This document shows, in pieces, positions 51,101-64,000 of a DNA stretch of 64,000 bases (positions are counted from its first letter, which is position 1; each line of letters opens with the position of its first letter). Location: positions 20,585,619 to 20,649,618 of the forward strand of contig OZ316892.1 of NCBI GenBank assembly GCA_973895155.1, written 5' to 3'. Made by a program: the position numbers and the translations under genes. A model generated the notes under the pieces. It was not told where the DNA came from and did not search any database. It saw nothing but the letters and a program-made list of their open reading frames with translations. This DNA is from Marsupella aquatica. Lineage: Eukaryota > Plantae > Marchantiophyta.

Positions 51101-53849
51101 CCTAAATAACATCACCAATTGTAACTAGTAAGTAACCAAAATGATAAAAATTTACTTTTATTGCAATGAAAGTAAATTCATTCCTAACATGAAAAGGATT
51201 TTATCATCAATCAATAAATGAGACTCAATCGATTTGATCTTCATGAGTAGAAACCATTGATCAAGTCTCCATTTTTTGAACTCTTTTTTTCTCTGATCTG
51301 ACCAAGAAGGGTAGTTTGATTTTATGAATCTATGTGCAGTACAATTTGAGGCTGAGAGCTTGTGAAGATAATATAATCACCGTATAATGGTTTAGGGTGC
51401 AATGATGAATAATATGTCATGGGTGCTAATAGATGTTGCCTCTCCAATGAGAACTACATTCTCATAAAAGTACATTGGGACTTTTCTCATTACAATTGCC
51501 AAATTCATCCCAGGCTCATTTGATTTCAGGTTTGTATGTTGACACCATAACATCCTCAGGCTTTCCATAGCCTCATGTGTCGTTGATAAGACAGTGAATC
51601 AAGTTGATCAAAACCTTTATACCAATTGGTATGATTCCAATACCAAAATCCAATGTCAAAATATTTTGCACAAAAATCCAAAAACTCGTGTCCAAATAGT
51701 ATAGGAAATATCACTTTTCCTCGCATGCATTAACCCTTTGAATTCTTCAATTGTTTTGATAATCCAATTGAGAACACTACATTATTTTCAACATGATTGT
51801 TTTTTATCATCGTTGGTCAACACTACTTGAAGGAGCACATTCAGATTATGTGATTGCATGCACGACCAAATTGCAACATCAAAATTGCAGATGCAAAATT
51901 CCAAAAATCATCAAAACAAAGCATCTGATACATGATCTTATACTTGACTCAAACTCTAGCACTTTGGTCAAGGTTTTCGGTTGAATAAAACACTTAATCA
52001 TAATTTTGTTTACTTCAAGAATGAGAAATTTCTTCGCCTATACACTTGTAAGGAGAAAATTGATAAAAAAATTATTTAAAACACCCTAAACTTTGCTACG
52101 TATATCTAGACATCATTATAAACATGCTCTAATGAGATCTAGAGCTTAAACTTCCGCGACACTCTTGGAGGAAGCTTTTTTGTATAGCCATTAAAGTTCT
52201 TCCTAGATATGGATAGACATTATCCATTATTTATAAAGTTTTCCAAATGTGATGGCCCATACAACTCCTTGTCCATAATTACAAGTGATATCGCTTACGT
52301 GGTGGATAGATGTGTAAGAGATTAGTATTGAATCAAGGAAAATGCATTGTACTTTGGAAAATGTTTACACAAAACTATTTAAGAAATAAGAAATTATACC
52401 TCGCGTCCTTAGGAATGGAAGTGGCACATTCAATCAATAATCAGCGTAGGTCTCATTGGTTTGGTCTCCATCTCCATCCATTAATGTCTTTTATGAGGTG
52501 AATTCAATCTATACACTCTTTGCGGTAGCTCCGTGATCTAGGTCTTCCTTTTCAGGAATGGAGATGGAATCATTGGCACCGGTATCAACCGTGGGTGACA
52601 ACCCACGAGCTATAGGTAAACAATCCTCAATGACACGGCTATTCCAAATGTGTGGGTGATTGGTCCTCAAGTGGAAAAGAGGACTTCTGGTGGGCAAGTA
52701 GTGAATCCGAAGGCTCTTCTATTCTTTCGTAGGCGCCATACAAAAATGTATTTTTTATTGAGTGACATCTTATTAGAAGGCTCTATGTATTTGGAGGTGT
52801 CTTCCATAATAGACTTGTAATACTCCTTTCCATTCCAAGCGTGTAGCTTTAACTCCTCTGAAAAATAAGTATCCCAAAGTTGGATCATTGGAATGTTGTT
52901 CTTCCAGGGTATATACTATTTGAGGAAATTTGGAATTGCAACCAAGTCATATCTTCCATTCTGTCCATGGGGAATCCTTTCTAATTGTGTGTTATTGCTC
53001 CCCTCACCACTAGTTTCACTATTTTTTTGTTATTAGAACTACACCTTCTTTGTTATTCTACTTAGCTTTTGAGTAACTGCTTTGTCAAGGAGAGGTCCGT
53101 TTACTTCATGAATATCTTCATTTCCCCCAAATTGGCATTGCCACCTTGTCCACCTTGATTGTTCCCCTCCTTATTAGTCGGATAATCTCTTGGGGGTTCT
53201 TGCGTGTGATTATCAAAGTCCATGTCATTGTCTAGATCTTTTGCATCTTTCTCACTCTCCATTTCTTCTCTGACATCCTCTTTGCATCCCGCTTTGCATT
53301 CCTCAACCCTCTTCTCATTGGAATAGTCAGTGGTGTCAAGGAGTTTTGCTTTGTTCTTCTACTTAGGGTCACCATTACCCTCACTTTTCACCATTACCCT
53401 CATTGTCATCCAACCCTTCCTCCTTTTTCTCCTCTTTTTGTTTACCATTTTGCGATTTGTTTGTGCTCTCCTCTTCAACTTCACTTCTCAATATTATTTT
53501 TGCAATCTTGTCCTTCATTTCAATTGGATTGAGAGAAATGGTTTTTGACATTTCTTGTTGGAAGTTGATTGTCCTCAAGGTTCTCCTATGAGCTTGACAC
53601 CAAAATCGCATAGGCACCATTTCATGGACAAACATTACAAATAATTTGTAAACAACTCTTTAACTACAAGAGTGATTGTTTAATGCCACCACTTATAGCA
53701 GCAAACCCCTTGTTGTAGCCAATTTACCTCTTAGAGGGACTAACCTAGGTTAGCGACTATCTTTGTCGTTGTCAATCCTACCCACTCACTACCATCCGTG
53801 CTTGCTTGCTAGTCCCACTTGAGCCTTACTCGGACCACTTATCCCCTCA

Positions 53850-54137
53850 GGGGTCTCACTATTTGGGGACCTCCCCATCACCTACGACGTTTTTAGGCCT
53901 CTGACCACCTAAAATGTAAGATTTTTTAAAAAACATTTAACCCTACAAAGTTGGAATATTTTTGGAATATTCTAAAAATTGGATAAAAACAACCCTAATG
54001 TTCTTATAAGTCTCAAAATTCAATTTAAAAGACCCTATTGTTCTTCTACAAAAGTTCTTAAGTTTTCCCATAGAACCACTAAAATGACCTTATTCTTTGT
54101 CGCACATGATATGTCATTTTTGTGGAAGTGAAACCCC
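53850..54137. mobile_element. MITE-like element with GGGGT(C/T)TCACT termini, copy 1
   Basis: ggggtctcact ... agtgaaacccc; internal sequence homologous to 61632-61876. Confidence 0.6.
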
Positions 54138-54759
54138 CCCAATGGCCGTGTCGCCCCCTTAATTTGTAACATCAATCCTGACATGTCTCTTTCAACTTTT
54201 GGATGTCACTTGTTAGCCGGTTCATGTGTTGGCTTAGGGATGCCTCCTCCTTTTGAGTCAATCCACATCAGCCTTGAAGGTGTCAATCTTGGCCTCGTCT
54301 CTTTGCTCCCTTGCGTTGGCTTCCTCGACATCCTTTTGCCAGCTAACTCGCAAACCTTTACATTATTGATATATTTGGATCCAAAGTTGGGCTATCTCTG
54401 CATCCTTCCTGGCTGCAGCTTGGATGACCAAGGTTAGTTGGGCCTCATAGTCAAACACCTTGGCCAAAACAAACCTCAATTAGGGTTAGATGGTGTACAA
54501 ATTTGCCTCATTAGCCTTGAATATGTCCCTAAGTCGGATGGCCTCGGTATGGAATTGGGCTATTTGCTCCTCCGCTTTGGATCGGATCAGTCGCGAACAC
54601 AACTTTCACCTACTTGTAATTTCTCCGACGTTGCCAACTCTAGCGTTGAGCCCCTCTTAGATTTGCTATCATCCTGACCATTATGGATGCAACTAACAAA
54701 GAGAAGGCTAGTAAGAGCAAGGACAAGACTTGAGGAAAAGTGTGCTCCAATTAAACTCT

Positions 54760-55370
54760 ATTGGACCTGATGCCAATCGTGAAAAAATGAACTATTTATT
54801 CAACGGATTACCATAAGGGCCCCAGAAGCCTCACATGAGCCCAGTCATGGGGCCGCATATATTCCTCGGCCAATGGACCAAGGGGCCAAAAGGTATGGCC
54901 GATTCAAGTTGCATACTTGTAGTTTGGGGCTGTTGCCGATCACAAAAAATGAACCATTTTTCCAACAATCACCAGAGGGGACCCAAGAAGCCCCACATGA
55001 GCCCAATCACGGGGCCTCATATTTCTCGGCCAACAAACCTAGGGGCCATAAGTTATGGCTGATTCAAGTTGCATGCTTGTAGTTTGGGCCCGTTGTCGGT
55101 CATAGAAAAATAAACTATTTTTCCAATGGATAATCATAGGGGCTCTAAAAACCCCAATTACCCAATTATGGGGTCATATATTTCTCGATCAATGAACCCA
55201 GGGACCAAAAGTTATGGCCAATTCAAGTTGCATGCTTGTAGTTTGGGCCCGTTACCGATCATGGAAAAGGACCACCATAGGGGCCCAAGAAACCTCACAT
55301 GAGCCCAATCATGGGGTCGTATATTTTTTAGCCAACGGACCAAGGGGCCAAAAGTTATGGCCGATTTAGA
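54760..55370. repeat. ~140-160 bp tandem repeat x4
   Basis: gagcccaatcatgggg..catatttctcggccaa..ggggccaaaagttatggccgattcaagttgcatgcttgtagtttgggc repeated. Confidence 0.85.
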
Positions 55371-56399
55371 ATCGACTAGAGTTGTCGCGCATTGAGGGAC
55401 ACGCCTGGACCAAAGGGGGATTGCCTGGACCAGGGGGGTTGTCAGACCAGAGCAAGATTTTAGGTCATAACTATTAGCCCTCTATGCCATAATTTGTGTT
55501 GAGACGTCAAGTTACAGAGGGTTGTTGATTTGAGCTAAGTGACGGAGCTCACTGACCCTTGTATATGGGGCCAAAGATAGGGGACCAAAGCTGGTTCGAG
55601 GATGGCAGGTCAACAGATGCATACATAAGGGGAGTGATACTCTCAAATTTGAGCTCGAGCTAATCAGGATCGACCAAGATAAGTCATTTCAAGTTTTGGA
55701 GCGGAAACAAGCATAACTCGATGACCGGATCTTGGAGAATGCTTGGGATTGTTGGAAAGCTAATGAATAAAGCTACCTTATGGTGCTCTCTAATAGGGGC
55801 ATTTAGGTGGTTTTGAAGCTTACAATGGGGGGAATTTCTCTTATTGATTCGAAGTCAAATAGTAACTAAATCGCATTTGGTTCCCACGGGGGCATGATGT
55901 TGGGGAGGTAGTAGACTCTGGGGGATTCCATTGAGATCTGGTCCCAATACATGGTGAGAGTTTGAACAAAACCCGGTTCCTTTGAGAGGTGGCTAAGAAC
56001 TAGAAATTAAAATGTCCCGACATGTTACTACTAGCTTGTGACAAACTACGTTTGGGCCATGGGCATGTCTTGGAGACAGGGCGGTCAGCCATTGACGGAT
56101 AGAAAGTGAAGAAGCTTGGGCGGCATCCAATAGATAGACTATTCCGGACGAACGGTGATGCCGACCTTAGCTTCAGCTTATGGTAAGGCCATGCAGGCTT
56201 AGGAGGCTCTATCAGCTGACCTACTTACTAATGACTGTTGAGCTTGATGCAAGACAATAATCTTGGGAGTTCTGAGATCAAGACGAGCTACTTACCGATT
56301 GGTTGGTTGCTTGTGTAGATAGTAAAGACCGTTGAGCGACAGTCATGCTGACAAGGGCAAGTGCGGCTCCATATGGGAGTGGTCGCTAATGACAAGCAG

Positions 56400-57970
56400 T
56401 ATAGTCAAAGGAAACTTGCCACATGGCTTGGTTTAGCACATCCAAGGCCGCGATTGTTGTGGCGTCAAGCAACAGGGAAGAGGCAATAATATTTGGCCTC
56501 AAGCTCAGAGTTGCCGCCATGGGTACTAGACACCTGGCTTGGGTTTGGGGTCTTCACCCATTTGGACCTCATAATCTCCACCTCATTGCATTGCGGGAGC
56601 AATCATCCATCAAAACAAGCATTACACCACTCCAAGATGATCTCAGGCCATCTGCACCTTGCCCTTGAAGTACGCATGTCGTTCCATCTCCTCGTGGATC
56701 TTCTTGGAAAAAATTGCCCACTCTCTTGGCAAGTATTTCTCAACCCAAATTACCTGGGCCGTGGATATCTGTACCCAATGCTCCATCATGTGGAGGGCGT
56801 ACCTTTGAAACTTGAGCCGCTCCTCTATATCTGGCCTGATACACCTTTTCAAGAGGAAGCCCTTGCCTACATACCCGTCGGGTGAGAAGCTAGAGGAATG
56901 GTTCCTTGCCACTTATCCTTCTGGTCGAGCTTCTGGTGCCCAAAATTCCACCTTGTCTATACCTTTGGGCAAGCCAAAGATGACTTTGAGTCGCTCTTTG
57001 GCCAAGACATCAAGCACCCTTGTGCTTGCATTTCATGGTGGGCCTCGTTGTAGTTGGTTACAAATTCCATTATGCCTTGCCCATAGTACCAACAAGTGTT
57101 CTAGGGTAAGGCCACAAGGTGCTCAAATCTGTGGGCCTTTATGTAAGCCACATACTTCAATGGTGAAGGATGTTATAGTGAACGTTCTCCCCCATCCGAT
57201 GCATGGTGAGCTTGGCCATGATCAAGTCAGCCATGGAGACTAGCTTCTTTGTCCTCTTCCTACTTTGATGATATGCCAAGGGTGAGAGTTCTTCGTCCTC
57301 CCTATTTGTTCATTGCAGTAAGCATTCCACCATTAGTATTGGTGCCGTGGTGGCAACTATTATTGCGTTGTCTACTAAGATTGCTACTTGGGTTTGTGTA
57401 ACTTGGGCGGGTTGGAGAGCCAAGGCCATGGCTAGAGATTGGCAGACAAGGAGATGGATTTCTCATGTGAACTTATGTTCATTGCAATTTTCACTAATCA
57501 TACCTAATTGGATGGTGTGACCGGATCGAGGTGTGAATAACTAAACGATTCCCAAGGTGGCACCTATTGTTGCTACTAGCTACTAGGGCAATTCAATGCC
57601 AGGATGATGATGAGAGCGCCATGGGAGTCAAAGTCCCAACTACTAAGTCTAATTGTGCCAGCTTTTGGGATGGTACCCAGTAACAGCCCAAGGGTGAATC
57701 AAACCGCTGATGATAAACTCCTATACCCTTGTCAAAGTGGTGATGCCACAAGTCTACGGTCCCCGGGATCTTGAAGATGCCCTTGGGAAACCAAAGGAGG
57801 GCTTCTCCAATTCCAAGGTACTTATCTGCCTCAGAGGAGAATTTGGTGATGATCTCAGCTTGATGGTACTTGGACTCGTAAGGAAGGAAGAGGTATTGTT
57901 GTTGTTGTAATAGGGGTGAGCATAAATGTGGATAAGCCCTGCATAGTCCTTCTCGGCTTCCCACCATCAC
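56400..57970 (-). mobile_element. Heavily decayed LTR-retrotransposon gag-like region
   Basis: Broken frames with gag-like fragments (KFSSEADK..LWF..IFKI, FQRYA..W..F) beside tandem repeats of the kind found in LTR-element UTRs; no RT/IN motifs seen. Confidence 0.3.
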
Positions 57971-59214
57971 GGGTTGTACTATGTGCTGTAAGCCAACGTA
58001 AGAACATAAAAATAGCTTTTCTAACTTTAAAACTTGAAATTTGATCCCTTTAAGAACATAATTGGAATAGTTTGAATGGTTTAATAACTTTGAGAGGTTT
58101 AGAGTCCCTTACTCTATACAACTCAAGTTTCCTTGCAGGAAAAATAAATAAATCAACAAAACATAAACAAAGTAAACTTCTGAGTTATAGATGAAAGTAA
58201 GTCTAGATTTAGTCAAATTTATTATCAGTTTAATACTGCCACTCCTTTAGAAAGGATTATGATCTTATCATATGCAAAATGGAAATTATCTTTGTCTATC
58301 TATCCTTCCTCTAAATCCATAACAACATTGAATGAAAGAATCATGCTCATCAAACCCAAAGTAGGTTTCTAGTTGCAAGTACTAAGATATCCACAAAAAT
58401 GCTATCAACATGGATTCATCTTCGACGATGTCTTGGGGTTTTAAACTACTCGAGAGGCACTGGGCTTTGCTGCCTGAACTATACAAACACAAAAATACTT
58501 AAAGTTCCACTTGGATGATCCCCGTAAAGTATTAGAGCTTCTTCCGAAGATACTATAACATTATACGACTCTTCTCCAAACTTTCTTATTAAGATTTCCC
58601 TACACGCTATCTTCCTTCGCACAATAATCTTTAGACTCAAGGAAGACATCAAATTTAAGATTGGACTTGGGACTTGATTCAAATCCATCTTTTCTAATAC
58701 AAAATATAGATAGTACACACCCACTCTTCTTCATAAGTAACTACGGGATATATGAGTGGAATATTTGAATTCATAACCATGGTGGCAAAATCTATACCAA
58801 ATTGATACATAAGCGTTTGACGCATTACATTTTTATCCAAACAATGTAATCTAATAAAAAATGGGTTGACAACCACTCCCGGTGGTCTATGCACTCTTGG
58901 CAACCCATGCAACATCATTCACAATCTATGGGAATAGTTAAACCTAAGGTACAAGTTAATCTTTGATAATATATCCTTAATACAAGCGACATAGCCGTCC
59001 TTGCCAGATTTGAGTATTTAATTTAAGGTGCTCAAGTGGTGGCATAGCCCTCCATGACCATAAGAAAAATCCTCAATTCCTTCCATCATGAAAACCGGTG
59101 GCATAGCCCTCCGTTATATCAAGGCAAACCATGGACTCCACTCTCAATAGTGGGAACACAATGCCCTATGGGAAGCAAGTTCCCTTCTATTTATACTTTG
59201 AAATGTTGATCACC

Positions 59215-59431
59215 CACAATTTGCTAGCCCACTTTTTTGCCCACTATCTTAGCACACTATTTTGTAAAGTGGACTATCCACAATTTGCTAGCCCACTATT
59301 TTGCCCACTATCTTAGCACACTGTTTTGTAAAGTGGACTATACACAATTTGCTAGTCCACTATTTTGCCCACTATCTTAGCACACTATTTTGTAAAGTGG
59401 ACTATCCACAATTTGCTAGCCCACTATTTTG
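59215..59431. repeat. 65-bp tandem repeat x3.3
   Basis: cacaatttgctagcccactattttgcccactatcttagcacactattttgtaaagtggactat repeated. Confidence 0.9.
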
Positions 59432-60681
59432 GCACACTCTTATTTTTGTCCTATTATATTATCTTGGCCTACTATACTCATTTGGTATATTATTTTATTT
59501 TTACCTATTCTATGATTTTGGTCTATTATATCTAATAATTTATAAATGACTACTCTTTAAAGTCACACTATTTATTTTTATTTAATTTTTAATAATGTCT
59601 AATGGAGTGAGAAACTCTATGTGAGGTATTCTAACTCCAAAACTCATTTCTTTATGACAACGATGCGCAACTCCAATCAATCACTAGTGAATATGCCAGA
59701 GTACAGGAATGATAGTTACTATTATGAAAATGGAATCTTGTTTCTCATATTCAAGCATTAATTCTTGAATTGGCTAGCAAATTTCATCTGAACAAGTCTA
59801 GAAGTGAATTCGATATAAACATAAAAAAATTATGGTTAAATTTAATCATCAAAATAATCTTCTAAATTCAATCACAATTCAAGATAAACGATTTACTTCC
59901 ATACAAGACATTGACTCTCAATATTTTGTTACAATGGAAGGAGGAACAACCAGTCATTAGTCTCCATTACTGAATAATGTTCTACTTGCTCAAGGGAGCA
60001 ATCCTAAAGGGTCTTATAGGTTTAAAGTCCTAACATAATGATGGTATGAACATGTATACATTTTTGAGTTTAACTAAGCATGACATGAGTGAAGTAAAAA
60101 TATTTCAAAAGTGGCAAAATACTACTCTAAGAGTAGTCTACTTCAAAAACTAAGTTTAAATGCCAAAATAACTAAGTGTCATCAAATTTTTTTGGCAAAA
60201 TAAAATGTTTGACTATCTTTGCTTATTTTTCATTTCTAATCTGGAATACCCAAAATGCTGATATTCATATAATGACTTTTTCTTTCTTTAATCTATGGGT
60301 TGGAAAAATCTCAAACTTTTCTTAGATATTTAGGTGCTTCAAACAAATCAGACAAAAGCGATGTTGAATAAATATATAATCTACAAGAAAATTTTCAAAG
60401 TGTCGGGGGAAAACATTGACGCTTTGTGAAACATTGAGTAATGTCTTGGACGCTTTCCAAAGCGTTGAGTAAATTTCATCGTCGGTAGCAGGTAGACTCT
60501 TCCAAAAGCATCATCAAAAACAGAGTGGATGAAGAATTGGCAACTTTGAAAATTCATAACTTTTTAACCGCAACTTGAATGAAGTTGAAATCTTGCTAGG
60601 GTAATCTCTTAGATCTATTCTACCTAGGATTTCAGACAATCATGAGATCTATAACATTTTAAATAGAATAACAGGGTATTT

Positions 60682-61700
60682 AACTTCTTAAACTGCATTC
60701 TACACTTAGAAACTACTCAAACATCTCTTCTTCATAAAAAATTGTAAATAGTCTAGAATAAACTCCAAATGATGAAATCCGAAAAAAATGTCTATCCACA
60801 TAGCCCTCCACTCAAATATCAACGTGTCATCGCAAGAACTTGAAACACTTAAGTCTCTTTAGCTATTTTGGTGTACATATAGTTGGTCTCTTTCGTTCTT
60901 CTTTAAATTACTCAATCAAATAGTGTCATTTCATTCCATACCATTTCAATCTACAGTCATTTTTGCTGATAAGCAAGAAATTATTTCTTCAAAGTCGTGA
61001 AGCTTTATAGTAAGGGCCAAACTTTGACTAAGGGTAGTCAAAGTAAACCTCTGATCTTTGTTCTTCCTTTAGCATGATACGAGATCATAAGCTGATCAAG
61101 GGGGTCTCACTATATGGATGTTTCCCATCCCCTACAACATGTTTAGGCCTCTAACCCCCTTAAATGTAAGAAAAAAATTTAATTTTTTAATTCCTATAAA
61201 GCAGAATATTCAACTTCTTAAATTACATTCTACACTTAGAAACTGTTCAAACATCTCTTCTTCATAGAAAGTTGCAAACAGTCTAGAATAAACTCCACAT
61301 GATGAAATCCGAGAAAAATATCTATCCACATAGCCCTCCACTCAAATATCAACGTGTCCTCACAAGAACTTGAAACACTTGAAGTCTCTTTAGCTCTTCT
61401 AGTGTATATGCAATTGGTCTCTTTCGTTCTTCTTTAAATTACTCAATCAAACAATGTCATTTCATTCCATACCATTTCAACCTACAGTCATTTTCGCTGA
61501 TAAGCAAGAAGTTATTTCTTCAAAGTCGTGAAGTTTTATAGCGAGGGCCAAACTTTGACTAAGGGTAGTCGAAGTAAACCTGTGATCTTTGTTCTTTCTT
61601 TAGCATGATAGGAGATCATAAGCTAATCAATGGGGTCTCACTATATGAATTCTCTCATCCCTTACGACATTTTTAGACTAGGACCCCCTAAAATGTAAGA
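60682..61700. repeat. ~530-bp tandem duplication
   Basis: aacttcttaaa.t.cattctacacttagaaact... starts at 60682 and again at 61212, with high identity through to the MITE start. Confidence 0.9.
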
Positions 61701-61876
61701 AATATTCCAAAAAATTGGTTAGAAAGACCCTAATATTTCTATAAGTCTTAAAATTGAATTGAAAAGAGCCTATTGTTCTTTTGCAAAACTTTTTAAGTCT
61801 TCCCTTCAAACCAATTGATAAAATGACCCTGTCCTTCATTGCACGTGATGTGTCATTTTTGTGGAAGTGAAACCCC
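61632..61876. mobile_element. MITE-like element copy 2 (a truncated copy lies at ~61100-61210)
   Basis: ggggtctcact ... tgtcatttttgtggaagtgaaacccc, homologous to 53850-54137. Confidence 0.6.
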
Positions 61877-64000
61877 CGAGAAGCAGTTATCTCAGTCTGA
61901 TAAGTTCTTTTTCATACTTATAAGGAATAGCATATCCATCATGGGATACCCAAACATAATAACTGAATGGCCATGGTCTATCTGGAAGCAAAGGAGGAAA
62001 GGGAGAGGAAGCTCTTCTAACTGTATAAACCCAACACCAAATTTTAAATGTATAGCATTTTGACTTCCTATCCTTATCTATTGGGGGTATTATCTTGGGA
62101 AACTTGTATATGAGAATCAAAGTATGAATACTCTTGTAATAATTGTCTAAAATTAGACAATTAGAAATAATGAATTAGTAAAATGCCATGGTATTTTTGG
62201 AGTCAATAGCGTTCTAGCGCAGCACAGAGCAATGATGCAACAACGTTTCATCGTAAACGACATTAATTTGCGTTTTAGAGTAAAGGCAGAATAACATAAT
62301 TGCGCAACGATACTTCGACGTGTTTTGCCCAACCGCTTTTATATTCATGACTTTGACTTTTGCCTTGACTATGGCGGGGTATTTACATAAGACAGGAAAT
62401 AGGAAACTAGGAAACCCAAAATAGGAACTGATGACAGGAAATAGGAAACCAAATACACAAAACTTCAATGAATAATGCGGGAATTTTTTTGGGGGTGAAC
62501 CAAGATCTTGACATTCAAAACAGGTTTTTGAGAAGATTCGTGTCAAATTCCAAGAAAAATGGTTCAGAACAACATCAGACGCTCGTTTTATAAACTTTTG
62601 GGAATTGTACATTTAATCCCGGGTATTCCCAAAAAGCATAGGCTTGCACCAGGCGCTACCAAAACTAGTCAATAACAACCAAATGTTCGCTATCTACTCT
62701 ATAACAACCAAATCAATATATGATAGCGATTAGCAAATGTCAGTCTCTCATCCATTACCACAAATGAAAGGGTTAGTCCCGATCAGCAAAAACTAGGCTA
62801 GTCACAAAAGACATTGTCGTCTTTGTGTATTGGGATATTCAAGAACATTGAGCACACTAGCGTCGGGCGCTAGTGCTCTTGGTCGTGGATGAATCGCACT
62901 CATCATCGATGCCAGCCATAGATCGGGCTCTTTGACATTATGAATTGGCTTTGACAAGAAATCCAGAAGAAGAAGATTTGTCTTGCCCCGATATTGGCTA
63001 TCCCAACCCAGTAGTAGCTCTAGTCGCTCGAAACATAAAATCTAAAAATTATCCATGCAATGTGGGAATTAGGTAATCCAAAAAAAGAATATGGCAGAGC
63101 CGAGCACTTACCAAAGGACGTAAGAAATCTTGACATTGAAACAAACCAAATCCAACCAATTTGCACGTACATCCGACGCCACTCCACAATCCACAAAGTC
63201 TTGTGATGGATAATTCATTTAGCAAGATGGTAGAGCCAGGCGCTGATATAAGTTTAAAGTGATCCGGGGTGTCCACACTGACGGAAGGATTGAAAAATTC
63301 AAAATGCAACGCGCATCTGATATCTCTCACTTGATACGACTGGCCGGTATACTAGCGCTAGACACTTGTAAGAGTTTAAGACAAGCGATGCCAGAAATGG
63401 CTAAGAGATCCTCAAACTAATCAAAAACAAACTAATCAATTAAGCTATAGGCATCCGCCAGATCAGATCCAATCTCATCATTACATTTTGAAAATTACGC
63501 TAATAGTGTCCATTGTGAAGATGACCATACTAGCACTGGGCGCTAGTCTACTCATTCGTAGATGATCCACAATCATCCTCGATTCTAACTGCAGATTCGA
63601 CTCTATCAGGAATGAAACCATGCTCACGGGTCCTGATGTAAGCCAAAGATGGCTTTCGCTCAACACCTCTTTGGAGAAACTTACCAAGAATGGTGGTGTT
63701 TTGGAAATCAATACGGCCAAGTTCTTCCTGTTTCCTCATTTCATCCTCCCGAGTTGGACTATGGGGAGGAGGTGGTCAGTGAACCGTAAACCTTTCAACA
63801 AATATTTATGGTGGAGAATCCCTCAACCATGGGATAAGCATTTCACCGGGACTAATTGCTTCGTCTTGCGGAAGGTTGAAGCGGTTGCGGAAGTCACTTG
63901 TTTCCAACCAATTGAGCTGTTCAGTGACGGGAATCAAACCCTCTTCCAAGATGATAGAACTTGTTCTTCAAACGTACGCCGCAGAAATTCTCCTTAGACT

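Noticed and set aside
62200-64000. Short ORFs and recurring ctagcg motifs at the right edge
   Set aside because: All frames are interrupted and no family is recognisable; probably a TE end truncated by the window

Overview
Intron-containing eukaryotic DNA from a land plant. It is bryophyte/liverwort-like by inference, and the plastid-targeted FTR gene fixes it as a plant. Three host genes lie on the minus strand: a class IV sirtuin (26439-30269), the ferredoxin-thioredoxin reductase catalytic chain (35083-37272) and a CYP85-clan, CYP707-like P450 (42768-46574). Around them are decayed LINE/LTR fragments, MITEs and tandem repeats. The standout is a ~17.6 kb element (6211-23852) bounded by inverted repeats with a perfect 44-bp core. 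It carries: (i) a decayed MULE/SWIM transposase; (ii) three small cargo ORFs, two with F-box-like starts; (iii) a 3-exon ~1040-aa gene fusing a ParB/Srx-like domain to a prokaryote-type beta-class N6-adenine/N4-cytosine DNA methyltransferase; and (iv) a second, unrelated DUF7869/Sola-like DDE transposase with a C-terminal reader-like barrel. About 25 copies of a 14-bp palindrome (CGATAAATTTATCG and variants) are confined to 11977-22756, almost all in introns and intergenic spacers and often amplified in tandem units. In spot counts that half retains CpG while the MULE half has lost it. Hypothesis: a transposon-encoded ParB-MTase plus cognate parS-like sites forming a self-marking or anti-silencing system. 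This copy is pseudogenised by a few stops and frameshifts. All calls come from reading motifs by eye; no database search was run.
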